Source: Gammaproteobacteria bacterium (GTDB lineage: Bacteria > Pseudomonadota > Gammaproteobacteria > SZUA-229). From it: a stretch of DNA of 53,490 nt. Positions 17,028 to 28,400 of the stretch are shown here, one piece after another. The stretch covers positions 1-53,490 of the forward strand of contig DRLE01000036.1 of assembly GCA_011051475.1 (NCBI GenBank). Direction: 5' to 3'. The position numbers and the translations under genes were made by a program. The notes beneath the pieces were generated by a model, which searched no databases, had not been told where the DNA came from, and saw nothing but the letters and a program-made list of their open reading frames with translations. Positions within the stretch are counted from its first letter, which is position 1. Each line of letters opens with the position of its first letter.

Positions 17028-17537
17028 TTAATCGTTTGTCTTCTGTATTTCAAAAGCCAGCGGGTCGGGGCCGGTCAGCTTGATGTGCTCATCCCTGTCG
17101 AGGTCTATATGAGCGCCGACGATATCGGCCTGCAGCGGCAGCTCGCGGCCGCTGCGCTCGATCAGGCAGGCCAGGATAATACTGGCCGGGCGGCCGTAGT
17201 CGAACAGCTCGTTCATGGCGGCGCGTATGGTGCGCCCGGTATGCAGAACATCATCGACCAGGATAATGTGGCGATCTTCAACATCCGGCGGCAGCTCCGA
17301 GGGCTTGACCTCGGGGTTCATGCCGATGCGCGAGAAGTCGTCGCGGTAGAAACTGATATCCAGAGTGGCCAGGGGTTCTTCGATTTTAAGCCGTTCATGC
17401 AGTTTTTCTGCCACCCAGACACCGCCGGTATGAATGCCGACCATAAGTGGATTTTCAATGGATCTTTCCAGCAGCAGAGCCTCGGTCTGCTCGGCCATTT
17501 TTTCCAGAAGTTCGTCCGGTGTAGCGTGTTGCTGCAT
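17028..17537 (-). CDS. pyrR: Bifunctional pyrimidine regulatory protein / uracil phosphoribosyltransferase PyrR
   Basis: PRPP-binding loop [18 protein letters not shown]; about 170 aa; located upstream of pyrB. Confidence 0.9.
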   Translation of the reverse strand: MQQHATPDELLEKMAEQTEALLLERSIENPLMVGIHTGGVWVAEKLHERLKIEEPLATLDISFYRDDFSRIGMNPEVKPSELPPDVEDRHIILVDDVLHTGRTIRAAMNELFDYGRPASIILACLIERSGRELPLQADIVGAHIDLDRDEHIKLTGPDPLAFEIQKTND

Positions 17538-17620
17538 AAGTCTTGTTTTGCTCGGTTCTGTTTTTTTATAGCTTCCGCCAGTCGCCGGCGGTCCTGGATA
17601 GCCTTGTCAGGCTGCCTGTT

Positions 17621-18061
17621 TCAGGCGTTCTGATCCAGCCAGTTCTGCACAATAATTGCGGCGGCCATTTTATCAACCTCCTGTTTATTATGCTGGTTTA
17701 TTTTTATGGTTTCCTTGAGTATGGCTTCGGCCTGCTGTGAGCTCAGTGCCTCATTGATCTCGTATACCGGCAGGCTGAAGCGTTTTTCAAGTTCGTGGGC
17801 AAACTGGCGTGCGGCTTTCGTCATTTTGTTTTCGCTACCGTCAGTGTGATAGGGCATGCCGACAATCAGTGCCTGCGGGCGCCATTCGTCGATCTGTTTC
17901 TTGATGGCCGGCCAGTCGGGGTTGCCGTCTTTCTGTTCCAGGGTGATCAGGGGGGTGGCGGTGCCGGTTATGGTCTGGCCGGTGGCCAGGCCAATGCGTT
18001 TTCTGCCATAGTCAAAACCGAGTACGCTGCTGATGGGAGCGTCAGCGGAATTATCAGGCAT
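17621..18061 (-). CDS. ruvX: Putative pre-16S rRNA nuclease / Holliday junction resolvase-like RuvX (YqgF)
   Basis: VLGFDYGRKRIGLATG N-terminal motif and LIVGMPYHTDGSE. Start chosen at ATG 18061; the ORF is open to 18094. Confidence 0.85.
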   Translation of the reverse strand: MPDNSADAPISSVLGFDYGRKRIGLATGQTITGTATPLITLEQKDGNPDWPAIKKQIDEWRPQALIVGMPYHTDGSENKMTKAARQFAHELEKRFSLPVYEINEALSSQQAEAILKETIKINQHNKQEVDKMAAAIIVQNWLDQNA

Positions 18062-18644
18062 GGCCGGCGTCACTGCTGAGCAGTGACAGGTCAATGCCGA
18101 TCAGCCGGGCGGCCGCCTGCCAGCGTTCTTCCACCGGGGTGTCGAAGATAATCTGCTGGTCGGCAGGGCAGCTCAACCAGGTATTGCTGGCCATCTCGTC
18201 TTCGAGCTGGCCGGCGGCCCAGCCAGCGTAGCCCAGCGCGATAATGCTGTCCTTCGGGCCTTCATTGCGGGCCATGGCCTGCAGTACGTCTCTTGATGTC
18301 GTCAGGGCGATGTCATCGTTAACCCTGAGGCTGGATTGCCAGCTGCCGGGCGGGCGGTGCAGGATAAAGCCGCGACCCTGGTCAACCGGGCCGCCGATAA
18401 ATACCGGCTGCTCAGCGTTATAATCCTCGCCGGCCTCGATTTTCATCTCGCTGAGGATCTGGTTCAGCTGGATGCCGGCAGGCTGGTTGATAATAATACC
18501 GAAACTGCCGTTTTCGTCATGCTCGCAGATATAGGTGACGGTATGGTTAAAAAAGCCGTCATTGAGTGACGGCATGGCAATCAGGAAATGGTCAGCCAGA
18601 CTGCCGCTGTTTTCAGGTTTGTCACTGTTGTCTGTCTGGCTCAT
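18054..18644 (-). CDS. yqgE: YqgE/AlgH-family (UPF0301) protein
   Basis: DHFLIAMPSLNDGFFNHTVTYICEHDENGSFGIIINQP is the family signature. It lies upstream of ruvX, as usual for this gene. Confidence 0.85.
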   Translation of the reverse strand: MSQTDNSDKPENSGSLADHFLIAMPSLNDGFFNHTVTYICEHDENGSFGIIINQPAGIQLNQILSEMKIEAGEDYNAEQPVFIGGPVDQGRGFILHRPPGSWQSSLRVNDDIALTTSRDVLQAMARNEGPKDSIIALGYAGWAAGQLEDEMASNTWLSCPADQQIIFDTPVEERWQAAARLIGIDLSLLSSDAGHA

Positions 18645-18650
18645 GGCGGG

Positions 18651-19529
18651 CTAGTGCGTGCTCAGTCCACTGTTATTAAGAAATTCCCAGCTACGGGTAA
18701 TATGTATGACATCGGTTTCGGCGCGAAGTTTTTTCGGAAACGGCGGATAGGGCGCTGCCAGCCGGACAATGCGTTTTGCCGCGTCATCCAGTACCTGGTG
18801 GCCGGAAGAGTGGCGCAGGTCGGTTTTAACCAGCTTGCCATCGGCATCGATGACCACATCCAGTATCAGGGTGCCGCTGAGTTTGTCACGACGTGCCTGG
18901 TCAGGGTAGTTGAGATTGCCGATACGTTCCACCCGGTCGATCCAGTCACGCATGTATTTGGCGGCGGTAAACTCCTTTGTGCTGGAGTTGAGATATCTGG
19001 TGCGGTCCATGCTGGCCTGCTGTTCAATCACATTGCTGATTTCAGCGGCCAGGCGTGCTGCCTGGGTATTTTTGCTGGCGGTTTTGTTATTTACGGTTTT
19101 TTCTTCGGATTGCTCCGGGGTGCTGTCGCTTTGCACGCTGTAGCTGGCATCGGCCCGGGTCAGCAGAGCGACCTGGTCTACCTGTTTCTGCTGCAGCTGC
19201 TGTTCAACCCGGGTCTGCTTTGCCATGCCCGGCTGTGCTGACAGGGTCGGGGCGCTGAACAGCTCACGGGGGCGTGATTTTTTCTCGTTATCACCGCCAC
19301 CGCGTTGCGAAACCTGGGCCAGGTAGTCGGCCTCATCGCTTTCGTCGGGCGTTTGTGTCTGCACCAGGATAATATCCAGTGCCGGCGGGGTTTTGCTGTC
19401 GGCCGGCGGGGAAAAACTGAAGGTAACACCGAGAATCAGTATGCCATGGAATATCGTGGCCAGCACGAAAGTCATGCTGAAACGATCGCTGTCGTTGATT
19501 ACCGGTTTAACGGTGCGGCGTCTGGTCAT
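18651..19529 (-). CDS. TonB-family energy transducer (N-terminal TM anchor, C-terminal TonB domain)
   Basis: TM helix FSMTFVLATIFHGILILGVTF. C-terminal YPDQARRDKLSGTLILDVVIDADGKLVKTDLRHSSGHQVLDDAAKRIV. Its position corresponds to the tonB3-like gene next to algH/gshB in Pseudomonas (from memory). Confidence 0.75.
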   Translation of the reverse strand: MTRRRTVKPVINDSDRFSMTFVLATIFHGILILGVTFSFSPPADSKTPPALDIILVQTQTPDESDEADYLAQVSQRGGGDNEKKSRPRELFSAPTLSAQPGMAKQTRVEQQLQQKQVDQVALLTRADASYSVQSDSTPEQSEEKTVNNKTASKNTQAARLAAEISNVIEQQASMDRTRYLNSSTKEFTAAKYMRDWIDRVERIGNLNYPDQARRDKLSGTLILDVVIDADGKLVKTDLRHSSGHQVLDDAAKRIVRLAAPYPPFPKKLRAETDVIHITRSWEFLNNSGLSTH

Positions 19530-19575
19530 AATGCGTATTTGATCTTGTCTTTATAATAATGCGATCTGCTGTTTA

Positions 19576-20649
19576 TTATAGTCTGTTCAGCTCAATTATG
19601 TGCAATGCCGGTGCTTTTTCAGGGTCAGAGGCGGGTGCCAGTTTTACCCGTTCCATCATGGCTCTGGTCAGGTAAATCTCACCCCGGGCATCGACCAGCA
19701 TGACATAACGCAGGCCCATTTTTCGGGCGATGCGCTGCCAATCACGACTGCCGGCAACAAAAAGCGCGGTGGCAGCGGCATCGGCCAGTGCCGGGTCGGT
19801 ATGAATAACAGTAACTGATTGAGTGTCCTGTGTCGGATAGCCCGTACGCGGATCGAGAATATGGTGGTAGCGTTTTCCCTGCCAGGTGTAGAAGCGCTCG
19901 TAGTCGCCTGAAGTGAAGACGCTTTCATTATCGCCGACTTCGACGCTGGCCAGCAGTGTCTGCTTGCGCGGGTGGCGGATGCCGATATTCCACGGGCGCT
20001 CGCCGTGACGGCCGATGACGCTGAGATCGCCGCCGGCATTGATCACCGCATTGTTGATACCGAGGCTGCGCAGTTTCTGAATTTCCAGACCGATGGCATA
20101 GCCCTTGGCAAAAGCACCGAAATTCAGTGACACGGCCGGGTTGGTATTGATAAGCCGGTTGTCGCTGTCCAGGCGCATATCGCTCATTTTCGGGTTCTGC
20201 GCCACCAGGGCGCGGATCTTACTCGCGTCGGGTGGCTGAATATCGCTGTCCTGGTATTTATGAAACTGCCAGAGATTGATCAGCCGGCCTATGGTCGGAT
20301 TGTAGAAATTGTCGCTCTGCCGGCTGAGTTCAAAAGAGGCTTTGATAATCGGCAACAGATGCGCAGGCATCTCGATGGGCTGGCCGGTCTGTTGCTGCAG
20401 CTGCCGGTTCAGTTTTGCCAGGTCCCCTTCGGTCCAGGGTGACCAGTCGCGGTGAAAGCGGTCAAAATCCTTCTGCAGCTCGGCAAAGGCCTTTTCTGCC
20501 TGCGCCTTTGTGACATCGAACAGGCTTATCTCGATCAGGGTGCCAAAGGCGAAAATGGTGTAGTCGAACTGCTTTTTTTTCTGCGCGCAGCCGGCAAGCA
20601 GTATCAGCAGCAGGCAGCCGGTCAGGAGGGTGGAAGCAAAACGCGGCAC
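19576..20649 (-). CDS. apbE: ApbE-family FAD:protein FMN transferase, lipoprotein
   Basis: Lipobox LLAGC, plus GAFAKGYA, INAGGD and TSGDYERF motifs. Confidence 0.85.
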   Translation of the reverse strand: MPRFASTLLTGCLLLILLAGCAQKKKQFDYTIFAFGTLIEISLFDVTKAQAEKAFAELQKDFDRFHRDWSPWTEGDLAKLNRQLQQQTGQPIEMPAHLLPIIKASFELSRQSDNFYNPTIGRLINLWQFHKYQDSDIQPPDASKIRALVAQNPKMSDMRLDSDNRLINTNPAVSLNFGAFAKGYAIGLEIQKLRSLGINNAVINAGGDLSVIGRHGERPWNIGIRHPRKQTLLASVEVGDNESVFTSGDYERFYTWQGKRYHHILDPRTGYPTQDTQSVTVIHTDPALADAAATALFVAGSRDWQRIARKMGLRYVMLVDARGEIYLTRAMMERVKLAPASDPEKAPALHIIELNRL

Positions 20650-20654
20650 GGGTT

Positions 20655-21620
20655 TTACTGTTGCAGTTGTTGCTCGATGCAGCGCATGAGATCACCGGCA
20701 ATGTCCAGGGAATAGATGGCATCCAGTTCGCGGATGCAGGTCGGGCTGGTGATATTGATTTCGGTCAGGTAGTCGCCGATTATATCGATGCCGGCAAACA
20801 GGATGCCTTCCTGCTTCAGTACCGGGCCGACCTGTTCACAGATCCAGCGGTCGCGCTCGGACAGTTCCATGCCGATACCGCTGCCGCCGGCGGCCAGGTT
20901 GCCCCGGGTTTCGCCTTCCGCCGGCACGCGTGCAAGAGAATAGGGGACGGCCTCGCCATTGATCAGCAGCACGCGCTTGTCACCATGAATGATTTCGGGA
21001 ATAAACTGCTGCGCCATGACCGTGCGCAGACCGTGCCGGGTCACCGTTTCCAGGATAACCGAGAGATTGGGATCCTGCGGGTTGACCCGGTAAATGGAGG
21101 CGCCACCCATGCCGTCCAGGGGCTTGAGGATGACATCCTGCCCGTCTTCCCGGTAACGCTGTTCGACAAAACCGCGCAGCCGCGCCTGGTCTCGCCCTAC
21201 CATGAACGGTGTGCAGCACTGCGGAAAGCGGGTGATAAACATCTTTTCGTTGAAGTTACGCAGGCTGGCCGGTTTATTGACCACCAGTACACCGGCATCC
21301 TCTGCCAGTGACAGAATGTAGGTGCTGGCGATGTACTCGATATCAAAAGGCGGATCCTTGCGCATCAGAATAACATCCAGATCCGCCAGATCAATGGTCT
21401 GCGTGGCGAGAAAATCGAACCAGTGGTCGGGGTCATCCTGTACCCGGGTGATGCGGCTGAAAGCGCGGGGTTTTTCATTTTCGGTAAACAGGTCTGGCTG
21501 GTAAATCGAGTGAATTTCCCAGCCGGCTTTCTGCGCTGCCAGCATCATGGCGAAGCTGCTGTCCTTGCTGACTTTTATGGATGAAAGCGGGTCCATAACG
21601 ATACCCAGTTTGATGCCCAT
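20655..21620 (-). CDS. gshB: Glutathione synthetase (ATP-grasp)
   Basis: MGIKLGIVMDPLSSIKVSKDSSFAMMLAAQ, LMRKDPPFD and LKPLDGMGG motifs. Start chosen at ATG 21620. Confidence 0.95.
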   Translation of the reverse strand: MGIKLGIVMDPLSSIKVSKDSSFAMMLAAQKAGWEIHSIYQPDLFTENEKPRAFSRITRVQDDPDHWFDFLATQTIDLADLDVILMRKDPPFDIEYIASTYILSLAEDAGVLVVNKPASLRNFNEKMFITRFPQCCTPFMVGRDQARLRGFVEQRYREDGQDVILKPLDGMGGASIYRVNPQDPNLSVILETVTRHGLRTVMAQQFIPEIIHGDKRVLLINGEAVPYSLARVPAEGETRGNLAAGGSGIGMELSERDRWICEQVGPVLKQEGILFAGIDIIGDYLTEINITSPTCIRELDAIYSLDIAGDLMRCIEQQLQQ

Positions 21621-21863
21621 ACAAACGCTCTCCGACAAGCCTGTGATGCTGATAGGCTGCTGATTTTACCAGTATTTCATCGGCGACAAACGGGAATTTT
21701 TCTGCTTAAGCAAAATCTTAGCCAATTGTATTGAAGTTTTTATGAAATATTGGACATAAGCAGAATGTGGTCTACATTCACTTTATCACTATGTCTTTTT
21801 TGGGGTTTGTCCTTTCGGGACAAATAAAAAAAACGGTACGACAATGACTGAAGAGATTTTGTA

Positions 21864-22241
21864 ATGAGTGACCTGAAAGTAATGGTCATTGATGACAGTA
21901 AAACGATAAGGCGAACAGCGGAAAACCTGCTTAAGAAAGAGGGTTGTGAAGTGGTAACCGCGGTGGATGGTTTCGAGGCATTATCAAAAATAGCCGAGAA
22001 CAAGCCGGATATCATTTTTGTTGACATCATGATGCCCAGGCTAGACGGCTATCAGACCTGCGCCTTAATTAAAAACAATAAAACTTTCAAGGATACACCG
22101 GTCATTATGCTGTCGAGCAAGGACAGTATTTTTGACCGCGCACGTGGCCGTATAGTCGGTTCTACGCAGTATCTGACCAAGCCCTTTACCAAGGAGGATC
22201 TGCTTGGCGCAATAAAAGAACATGTTCCCGAGAGTTGTTAG
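21864..22241 (+). CDS. pilG: CheY-like response regulator PilG
   Basis: VMVIDDSKTIRR, DIMMPRLDGY, LSSKD and LTKPF. First gene of the pilGHIJ-chpA cluster. Confidence 0.85.
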   Translation: MSDLKVMVIDDSKTIRRTAENLLKKEGCEVVTAVDGFEALSKIAENKPDIIFVDIMMPRLDGYQTCALIKNNKTFKDTPVIMLSSKDSIFDRARGRIVGSTQYLTKPFTKEDLLGAIKEHVPESC

Positions 22242-22336
22242 CCCCGAGATCTGTTAAATAATTAATAAAAAATACAGGTAACCGGAAATACAGTAGCAAA
22301 ACCGGAATATATTGAAACAAACAAGTGGTGAGAAGT

Positions 22337-22702
22337 ATGGCAAAAGTAATGATAGTTGATGATTCACCGACAGAAGTGCACGTATTGCAGACAATGTTGA
22401 CAAAGAATGGTCACGAAGTGGTAGTGGCAACTACCGGCGAGGAAGGTGTGGAAATGGCAAAAACCGTGATGCCCGACCTTATATTGATGGACGTGGTTAT
22501 GCCGGGTATGAATGGTTTTCAGGCGACACGTCAGTTGTCCAAGAACGAGGCTACTGCCTCCATTCCGGTCATTATGGTAACCACCAAGGATCAGGAAACC
22601 GACAAGGTCTGGGCCATGCGTCAGGGTGCCAAGGACTATATTGTGAAACCGGTGCAGGAAAAGGCGCTGATCGAACATGTAAACATGGTGCTGTCAGCGT
22701 AA
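22337..22702 (+). CDS. pilH: CheY-like response regulator PilH
   Basis: MAKVMIVDDSPTE, DVVMPGMNGF and VKPV. Start chosen at ATG 22337. Confidence 0.85.
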   Translation: MAKVMIVDDSPTEVHVLQTMLTKNGHEVVVATTGEEGVEMAKTVMPDLILMDVVMPGMNGFQATRQLSKNEATASIPVIMVTTKDQETDKVWAMRQGAKDYIVKPVQEKALIEHVNMVLSA

Positions 22703-22743
22703 ATGATAACGGAAACAATGATTCCCGAAAACAAGAATAATAA

Positions 22744-23280
22744 ATGAATACAACTGAACCATTTGATTTTTTGCTGTCACTGGAGCAGCGTGCACTGAAA
22801 GGCTCCGCGGGCCTGCCGGAAACTGATCGTGTTGAAGAAGAGTGGGTTGGTGTCGGTTTTCGCATTGGCGACAATCGCCTTATTGCGCCTATGTCAGAGG
22901 TCAGGGAAATTCTGGATATGCCGGAGTTTACCCGCGTGCCCGGTGTGAAATCATGGGTCGTTGGTATTGCCAATGTGCGCGGTAGCCTGTTGCCGATCAT
23001 GGATTTGAAAGGTTTTATGCTGGGTGAGGATATCCGGCAGCGTAACAAGGGGCGACTGATTGTCATTGACTACAAGGGTTTTGATACCGCGCTGGTTGTT
23101 GAAGAGATCTACGGCATGCGTCACTTCAGGGAAAGTGACGCGCTTGCTGAAACGCCGCCAATGGATGAAAAAATATCACCCTATATCGAGCGAGTGCTTG
23201 ATGATGGTGAGGAACGCTGGCCGGTATTCAGCTTCAGCAAGATGGCCGAAGACGAGCGGTTTGTACACGCATCACTGTAA
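22744..23280 (+). CDS. pilI: CheW-like coupling protein PilI
   Basis: CheW-like domain (VGVGFRIGDNRLIAPMSEVREIL...VVGIANVRGSLLPIMDL) located between pilH and pilJ. Confidence 0.8.
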   Translation: MNTTEPFDFLLSLEQRALKGSAGLPETDRVEEEWVGVGFRIGDNRLIAPMSEVREILDMPEFTRVPGVKSWVVGIANVRGSLLPIMDLKGFMLGEDIRQRNKGRLIVIDYKGFDTALVVEEIYGMRHFRESDALAETPPMDEKISPYIERVLDDGEERWPVFSFSKMAEDERFVHASL

Positions 23281-23392
23281 AACAGCAGATTACTGAAACA
23301 GAAAAATACATAAATATAACAACAGAAGATGAAAGATTGCTGGTTACGCCGACCAGGGTGTGGCGAATCAAGTTAATTGGAGAGAAGGCCTT

Positions 23393-25453
23393 ATGAGCGC
23401 AGAACAGAAAAATGTCACGATTGGCAAGCCGATGGTTTTAATCGGCTTGCTGCTGTCAGTTTTTATCATACTTATGCTTGGTAGTCTGGTGTATGTGGGT
23501 GATAAACGAGCGACCTTGCAGCGTCATGTGGAATTATCCGCTGAACAGCTGCTGCTGTCACAGCAGATGGCCACCTACTCGCTGGGTGCTTCTTCAGGTA
23601 AGGAAGAGGATTTCGACCGCCTGCAGACTGCACAGCTCAAGTTTGATGCAATTCTGAATACCTATCGTTCGGGTGATGCAATTACCGACCCGTTGGCACC
23701 GGAACTGCGACCAGCGCTTGATGTGGTGGAAAGTGACTGGCGCAACTATCGCAATAATATCGAGGTGATTCTGAACGGTCGCCAGGCCATTGCCGAGGTG
23801 AAGGAACTGTACCAGGTGATTGACAGCTTCATCCCGCAGATGCTGACACTCTCTGATGAAGTGGTTGGCGTACTGATCAAGAAAAACGCCTCCCCCCGCC
23901 AGGTTTACCTGGCAACCCGTCAGATGATGCTGTCTCAGCGTATCAAAAACAACCTCAACCAGGTACTGGCCGGTGGCGAAACCGCGGCTGCCGCGGCCGA
24001 CCGTTTCGGTCGTGATGCTGCACTGTTCGGTCGTGTACTCGAAGGCCTGCTGAAGGGCTCAAAGGGTCTGCGCATTGACAAGGTGACCGACAAGGAAGCC
24101 GTTGCCAAATTACGTGAAGTGGCAATGCTGATTAGTGCGGTCAGTGACAATATTGCCGGTATTCTTGAGTTGTCTCCCGAGCTGTTTGAGGTCAAGGATG
24201 CAGCCAGCCTTGTGGCCGGTGACTCGGACCGTCTGCTGAAATCACTGGAATCCTTCCAGGAAAAGATTATCGCCCAGGGTGAAGAACTGGATATGATCCA
24301 GCTGGTCGGCGTCGGCTTCGGTGCTGCTGCTGTACTGCTGATTATTATCGGCGGTATCCTGCTGCTGAAAGATGCAAGACGTCGTGAGGAAATCGCGCTT
24401 GAGAACAACCGTCGCAACCAGCGCGCGATTCTCCGCCTGCTGGACGAAATGGCCAACCTCGCGGATGGTGACCTGACCGTACATGCCACGGTAACCGAGG
24501 AAATTACCGGCGCCATCGCCGACTCGGTGAACTTTACCATTGACGCGCTGCGTACCCTGGTAACCACCATTAACAATACCGCGGCGGAAGTATCACGCTC
24601 CACCGAGAAAACGCAGCAGACAGCGCTTGAGCTGGCAGAGGCGTCCAACAAGCAGGCGCGTGAAATTGCCTCGGCCTCTGCAGCGGTTACCGACATGGCC
24701 GAATCCATGTTGAAGGTATCAACTGATGCGGACAACTCCGCGAAGGTGGCACAGCAGTCCATGGAAATCGCACAGAAAGGCGCGAAAGTGGTACGCGATA
24801 CTATCGGCTCGATGGAAAAAATTCGAGAGAACATTCAGGAAACCTCCAAGCGTATCAAGCGCCTGGGTGAGTCTTCACAGGAAATTGGTGACATCGTGGG
24901 CCTGATTACTGAAATTGCCGACCAGACCAACATTCTGGCGCTTAACGCAGCGATTCAGGCGTCAACCGCCGGTGACGCGGGCCGTGGTTTCGCGGTGGTA
25001 GCGGATGAGGTGCAGCGCCTGGCGGAACGTGCCGGTAACGCAACCAAGCAGATTGAGGGCCTGGTAAACACTATTCAGGCGGATACCAACGAAGCGGTGA
25101 AGTCCATGGAAATGAGTACCGCCGGGGTGGTCAGCGGTGCGGCCATGGCCGAGGACGCCGGTGAGGCACTGAAAGAAATTGAGGATGTATCTACCGAGCT
25201 GTCCAATCTGATTATCGGTATTTCCGAATCCACCAAGCAGCAGTCCAGCGTGGCGCTGTCGGTATCCGAGTCCATGAACGTGATTCAGGAAATTACCCTG
25301 CAGACCTCCGAAGGTACCGATGAAACCTCGGCATCGCTGGCAGCGCTTAATGAACTGTCGAAGGAACTGGGCCGTTCAGTATCCGGCTTCAAGCTGCCCT
25401 CAGCTGAAACCGAAGACCATGTTGAAACCGTGATTCTTCAGGATCAGGGATAA
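23393..25453 (+). CDS. pilJ: Methyl-accepting chemotaxis-type receptor PilJ
   Basis: Two TM segments, a periplasmic helical domain and a HAMP domain. The highly conserved MCP signalling hairpin is present: [51 protein letters not shown] lies before ATG 23393. Confidence 0.85.
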   Translation: MSAEQKNVTIGKPMVLIGLLLSVFIILMLGSLVYVGDKRATLQRHVELSAEQLLLSQQMATYSLGASSGKEEDFDRLQTAQLKFDAILNTYRSGDAITDPLAPELRPALDVVESDWRNYRNNIEVILNGRQAIAEVKELYQVIDSFIPQMLTLSDEVVGVLIKKNASPRQVYLATRQMMLSQRIKNNLNQVLAGGETAAAAADRFGRDAALFGRVLEGLLKGSKGLRIDKVTDKEAVAKLREVAMLISAVSDNIAGILELSPELFEVKDAASLVAGDSDRLLKSLESFQEKIIAQGEELDMIQLVGVGFGAAAVLLIIIGGILLLKDARRREEIALENNRRNQRAILRLLDEMANLADGDLTVHATVTEEITGAIADSVNFTIDALRTLVTTINNTAAEVSRSTEKTQQTALELAEASNKQAREIASASAAVTDMAESMLKVSTDADNSAKVAQQSMEIAQKGAKVVRDTIGSMEKIRENIQETSKRIKRLGESSQEIGDIVGLITEIADQTNILALNAAIQASTAGDAGRGFAVVADEVQRLAERAGNATKQIEGLVNTIQADTNEAVKSMEMSTAGVVSGAAMAEDAGEALKEIEDVSTELSNLIIGISESTKQQSSVALSVSESMNVIQEITLQTSEGTDETSASLAALNELSKELGRSVSGFKLPSAETEDHVETVILQDQG

Positions 25454-25493
25454 CAATTATAAACAGTCGAAGACCTGGTATAGGTAAGCAATA

Positions 25494-28400
25494 ATGAATC
25501 CAGACAACACGGTCGAATATAATTCACTTAGCTGGGTCAAGGCACAGCTGGATGATGTGCTGACTGAAGCACAGTCCAACCTGAATGAATATATCGAGAA
25601 CCAGGAAAAGGAGAGTCTGGAGCGGTGTATAGAAAATCTGCAACTTATCTACGGCACCTTGCAGATGGTCGAGGTATACGGCGCCGCCATGCTGGCAGAA
25701 GAAATGCAGCAGACATCCCAGGCATTGCTGGAAGGCCGTATCGATCGTGATGAAGACGCCTATGATGTCCTGATGCGGGCAATGCTGCAGTTACCTGATT
25801 ATCTTGAAGGCATTCAGGCAGGCAAGAGCGATACGCCGATAACGCTGATGCCCCTGATTAACGACCTGCGTGCCGCGCGCAAGGAAGGCCTGCTGACAGA
25901 AAGTGCGCTGTTTTCTCCCGATATTGAATCGGCTGAACTGGTTTCCGATGAACATGATACACAGGACATCGAAAGCGGAAAACTGCAGGCCGAGGCCAAA
26001 CGCTTGCGTACGCACTACCAGCTTGGTCTCCTCGATTACATACGCAATAACAAGGAGCAGGCGGGCCTTAAGCGCATACGTGCTGTTCTGAACTCACTGG
26101 TAAAGGTCAGCGCCGAGGCGGAAGTACAGCGCCTGTGGATGGTGGTCAGCGCACTGGCCGAAGGCCTGATGAAAGAGGGTATCAACGCCAATCTGAGTAT
26201 TAAAATGCTGATGGGCGCTGTCGACCGGCAGCTCAAGCTGCTTATCGATGTCGGTGAGGAAGCCTTTGTCAAGGATTATTCCAGAGAGCTGGTTACCAAT
26301 ATGCTTTACTACATTGGTACCTGTGATGTGGAAAGCGATACCATCAATGCCGTCAAGGATGCCTATCATCTTGACGATCTGATGCCGCATGATGACGAAG
26401 CGGCCGGCACCGTCGGTGGTCTGAATGCGGATCTGTTTGATACGGTTTCAAAAGGAATTAGCGAAGACCTCGGTCAGGTCAAGGATGTGCTTGAGCTTTA
26501 TATGCACAGTGCCGAACCGGATCTTGCGCAGCTGGAACCTGTTGCCGAACAGCTGGTTCGCATTGCCGATACCTATGGCATGCTGGGCATGGGCGCCATC
26601 AGACAGTCTGTGATGAACCAGGCCGATGTTATCAAAAAGATTGTTGCTGGCGAGGAGCAGGCCAGCGAAACCGTTGTGCTGGGTATTGCATCCGAACTCC
26701 TCAATGCCGAATCTGAACTGAAAGACTTTATCGCCTCGCGTTCCGGTTTTGTTGATATGAATCGCAAAGGTGGTGACGAGAACGTACCCTCTGCGGAATA
26801 CCGCCAGGTCGTCTTTGCCGTTGTATCCGAGGCGCTGAAGAACTTCAGTGATGCCAAGGAAGCCGTGCTTTCCTACATTTCCGGATCCGGTGACAAGGAC
26901 CAGCTGGAAATTATCCTGCAGCGCCTCGAAGAGGTTCGTGGTGTTGCCATGATGTTACCGCTGGGCCGGGTCGAGTCACAGATAGTCAAGCTCCAGAACT
27001 ATGTGCAAACCGCGCTGCTGAATAACAATCACCGGCCTGATGACCAGGAACAGGATACGGTAGCTGACGTTGTAACATCCATTGAATATTTCCTTGAAGC
27101 ACTTTCCGAAGGGCGTCCGGGCGTTGAGCAGGGCCTGAACGCGGGTGATGCAGCAGCCGCAAAACTCGAGGAAGTGACGCTTCGTTATGGTGGTGAACCG
27201 GGACAGGAGCAGGATGAAAGTGACGCCCTGACCGCCGGCGAAGAGGCTCCTGAAGACAGAACAGAAGAACAGGACCTCGCTGTCGAGGAAGAGCCAGCAA
27301 CGCTGAGCGAGCCTGTCGAAGAACCTGCCACTGAGGCAGCGGCTACCGAGGCAGCGACTGCCGAAGCCGGTGATCAACCCGCTTTGGCAGAGGCGGAAAC
27401 TGCCGGTGAAGCGGCTGAAGTCGAAAACTACAATATTCTGGCTGATGATGCCGATGAGGAGATCGTCGAGATATTCATCGAAGAAGCCGTTGAAGTGCTC
27501 GGTGAGTTGCACAACTATCTGCCACAGTGGAAGGCCAATCACGAGGATGAAGAAGCGCTGGCCGTGGTCAGACGAAGCTTTCATACCCTCAAGGGCAGTG
27601 GCCGCCTGCTTGGCGCGGAGCTGATCGGCGAGTTCTCGTGGAAGTTCGAGAACATGCTGAACAAGGTTATCGATAACAAGATCAATGTTACCGATGCGCT
27701 GCTGAACGCACTGGATGAAGCACTTGCCGTACTGCCCCAGCTGATTGAGCAACTCAAGGGTAATCGTGAACCGGTAGAAAATATTGCTCAGCTTATGTCT
27801 GTCGCCGATGCACTGGCAAGAGGCGAGGAAGCTGTGCTCGAAACAGCGGCTCCGGCAGATGAGATAGTCGCCGAGCCTGAGGAAAAGCCGGCTGAAGAAG
27901 CCGGTATTGAAGAGCTTTCTGCGGATACAGATGACATCGAAGTGGCTGGGCTGGACGAGACGGCACTGGAAGAAACGGTAATCGTCTCCGAAGTTGATGA
28001 TGAGGCTGCCGACGAGGTGGAGGAAATAAGCCTCGACAGTATGGCAGGGGAAGAGGAGGATGAATTTGCCTATCAGCAGGCCGACGACGAAATTTCCATT
28101 GAGACGGTTTCATTGGATGAATCGGGTACTGATGAACCAGGCACTGATGAAATAGAAATCGAAGAAATGGACATCGTTATCGACGACAGCATGCTGGATA
28201 CAGGCGGCATTGAGGAGATTGCGATTACCTCCGATGAGCAGGAGGAAGAGCCGGGCTCATTTGATGAGGAAGCTTTTACTGATGAGGCAGCTGTTGCTCC
28301 CGAAAGTATGGCTCCTGGTGAAGCCGAGGAAGCAGGAGTCGATGACAGTGAAGAGGAAATCGTCAGCCTGTCAGTTGAAGACGATGAGGGCAATGAGTTT

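Noticed and set aside
19576-20649. apbE between the tonB-like gene and gshB as a synteny break hinting at a linked flavoprotein system
   Set aside because: No FMN-acceptor gene (nqr, rnf, nosR or similar) is nearby. This is ordinary gene-order variation.
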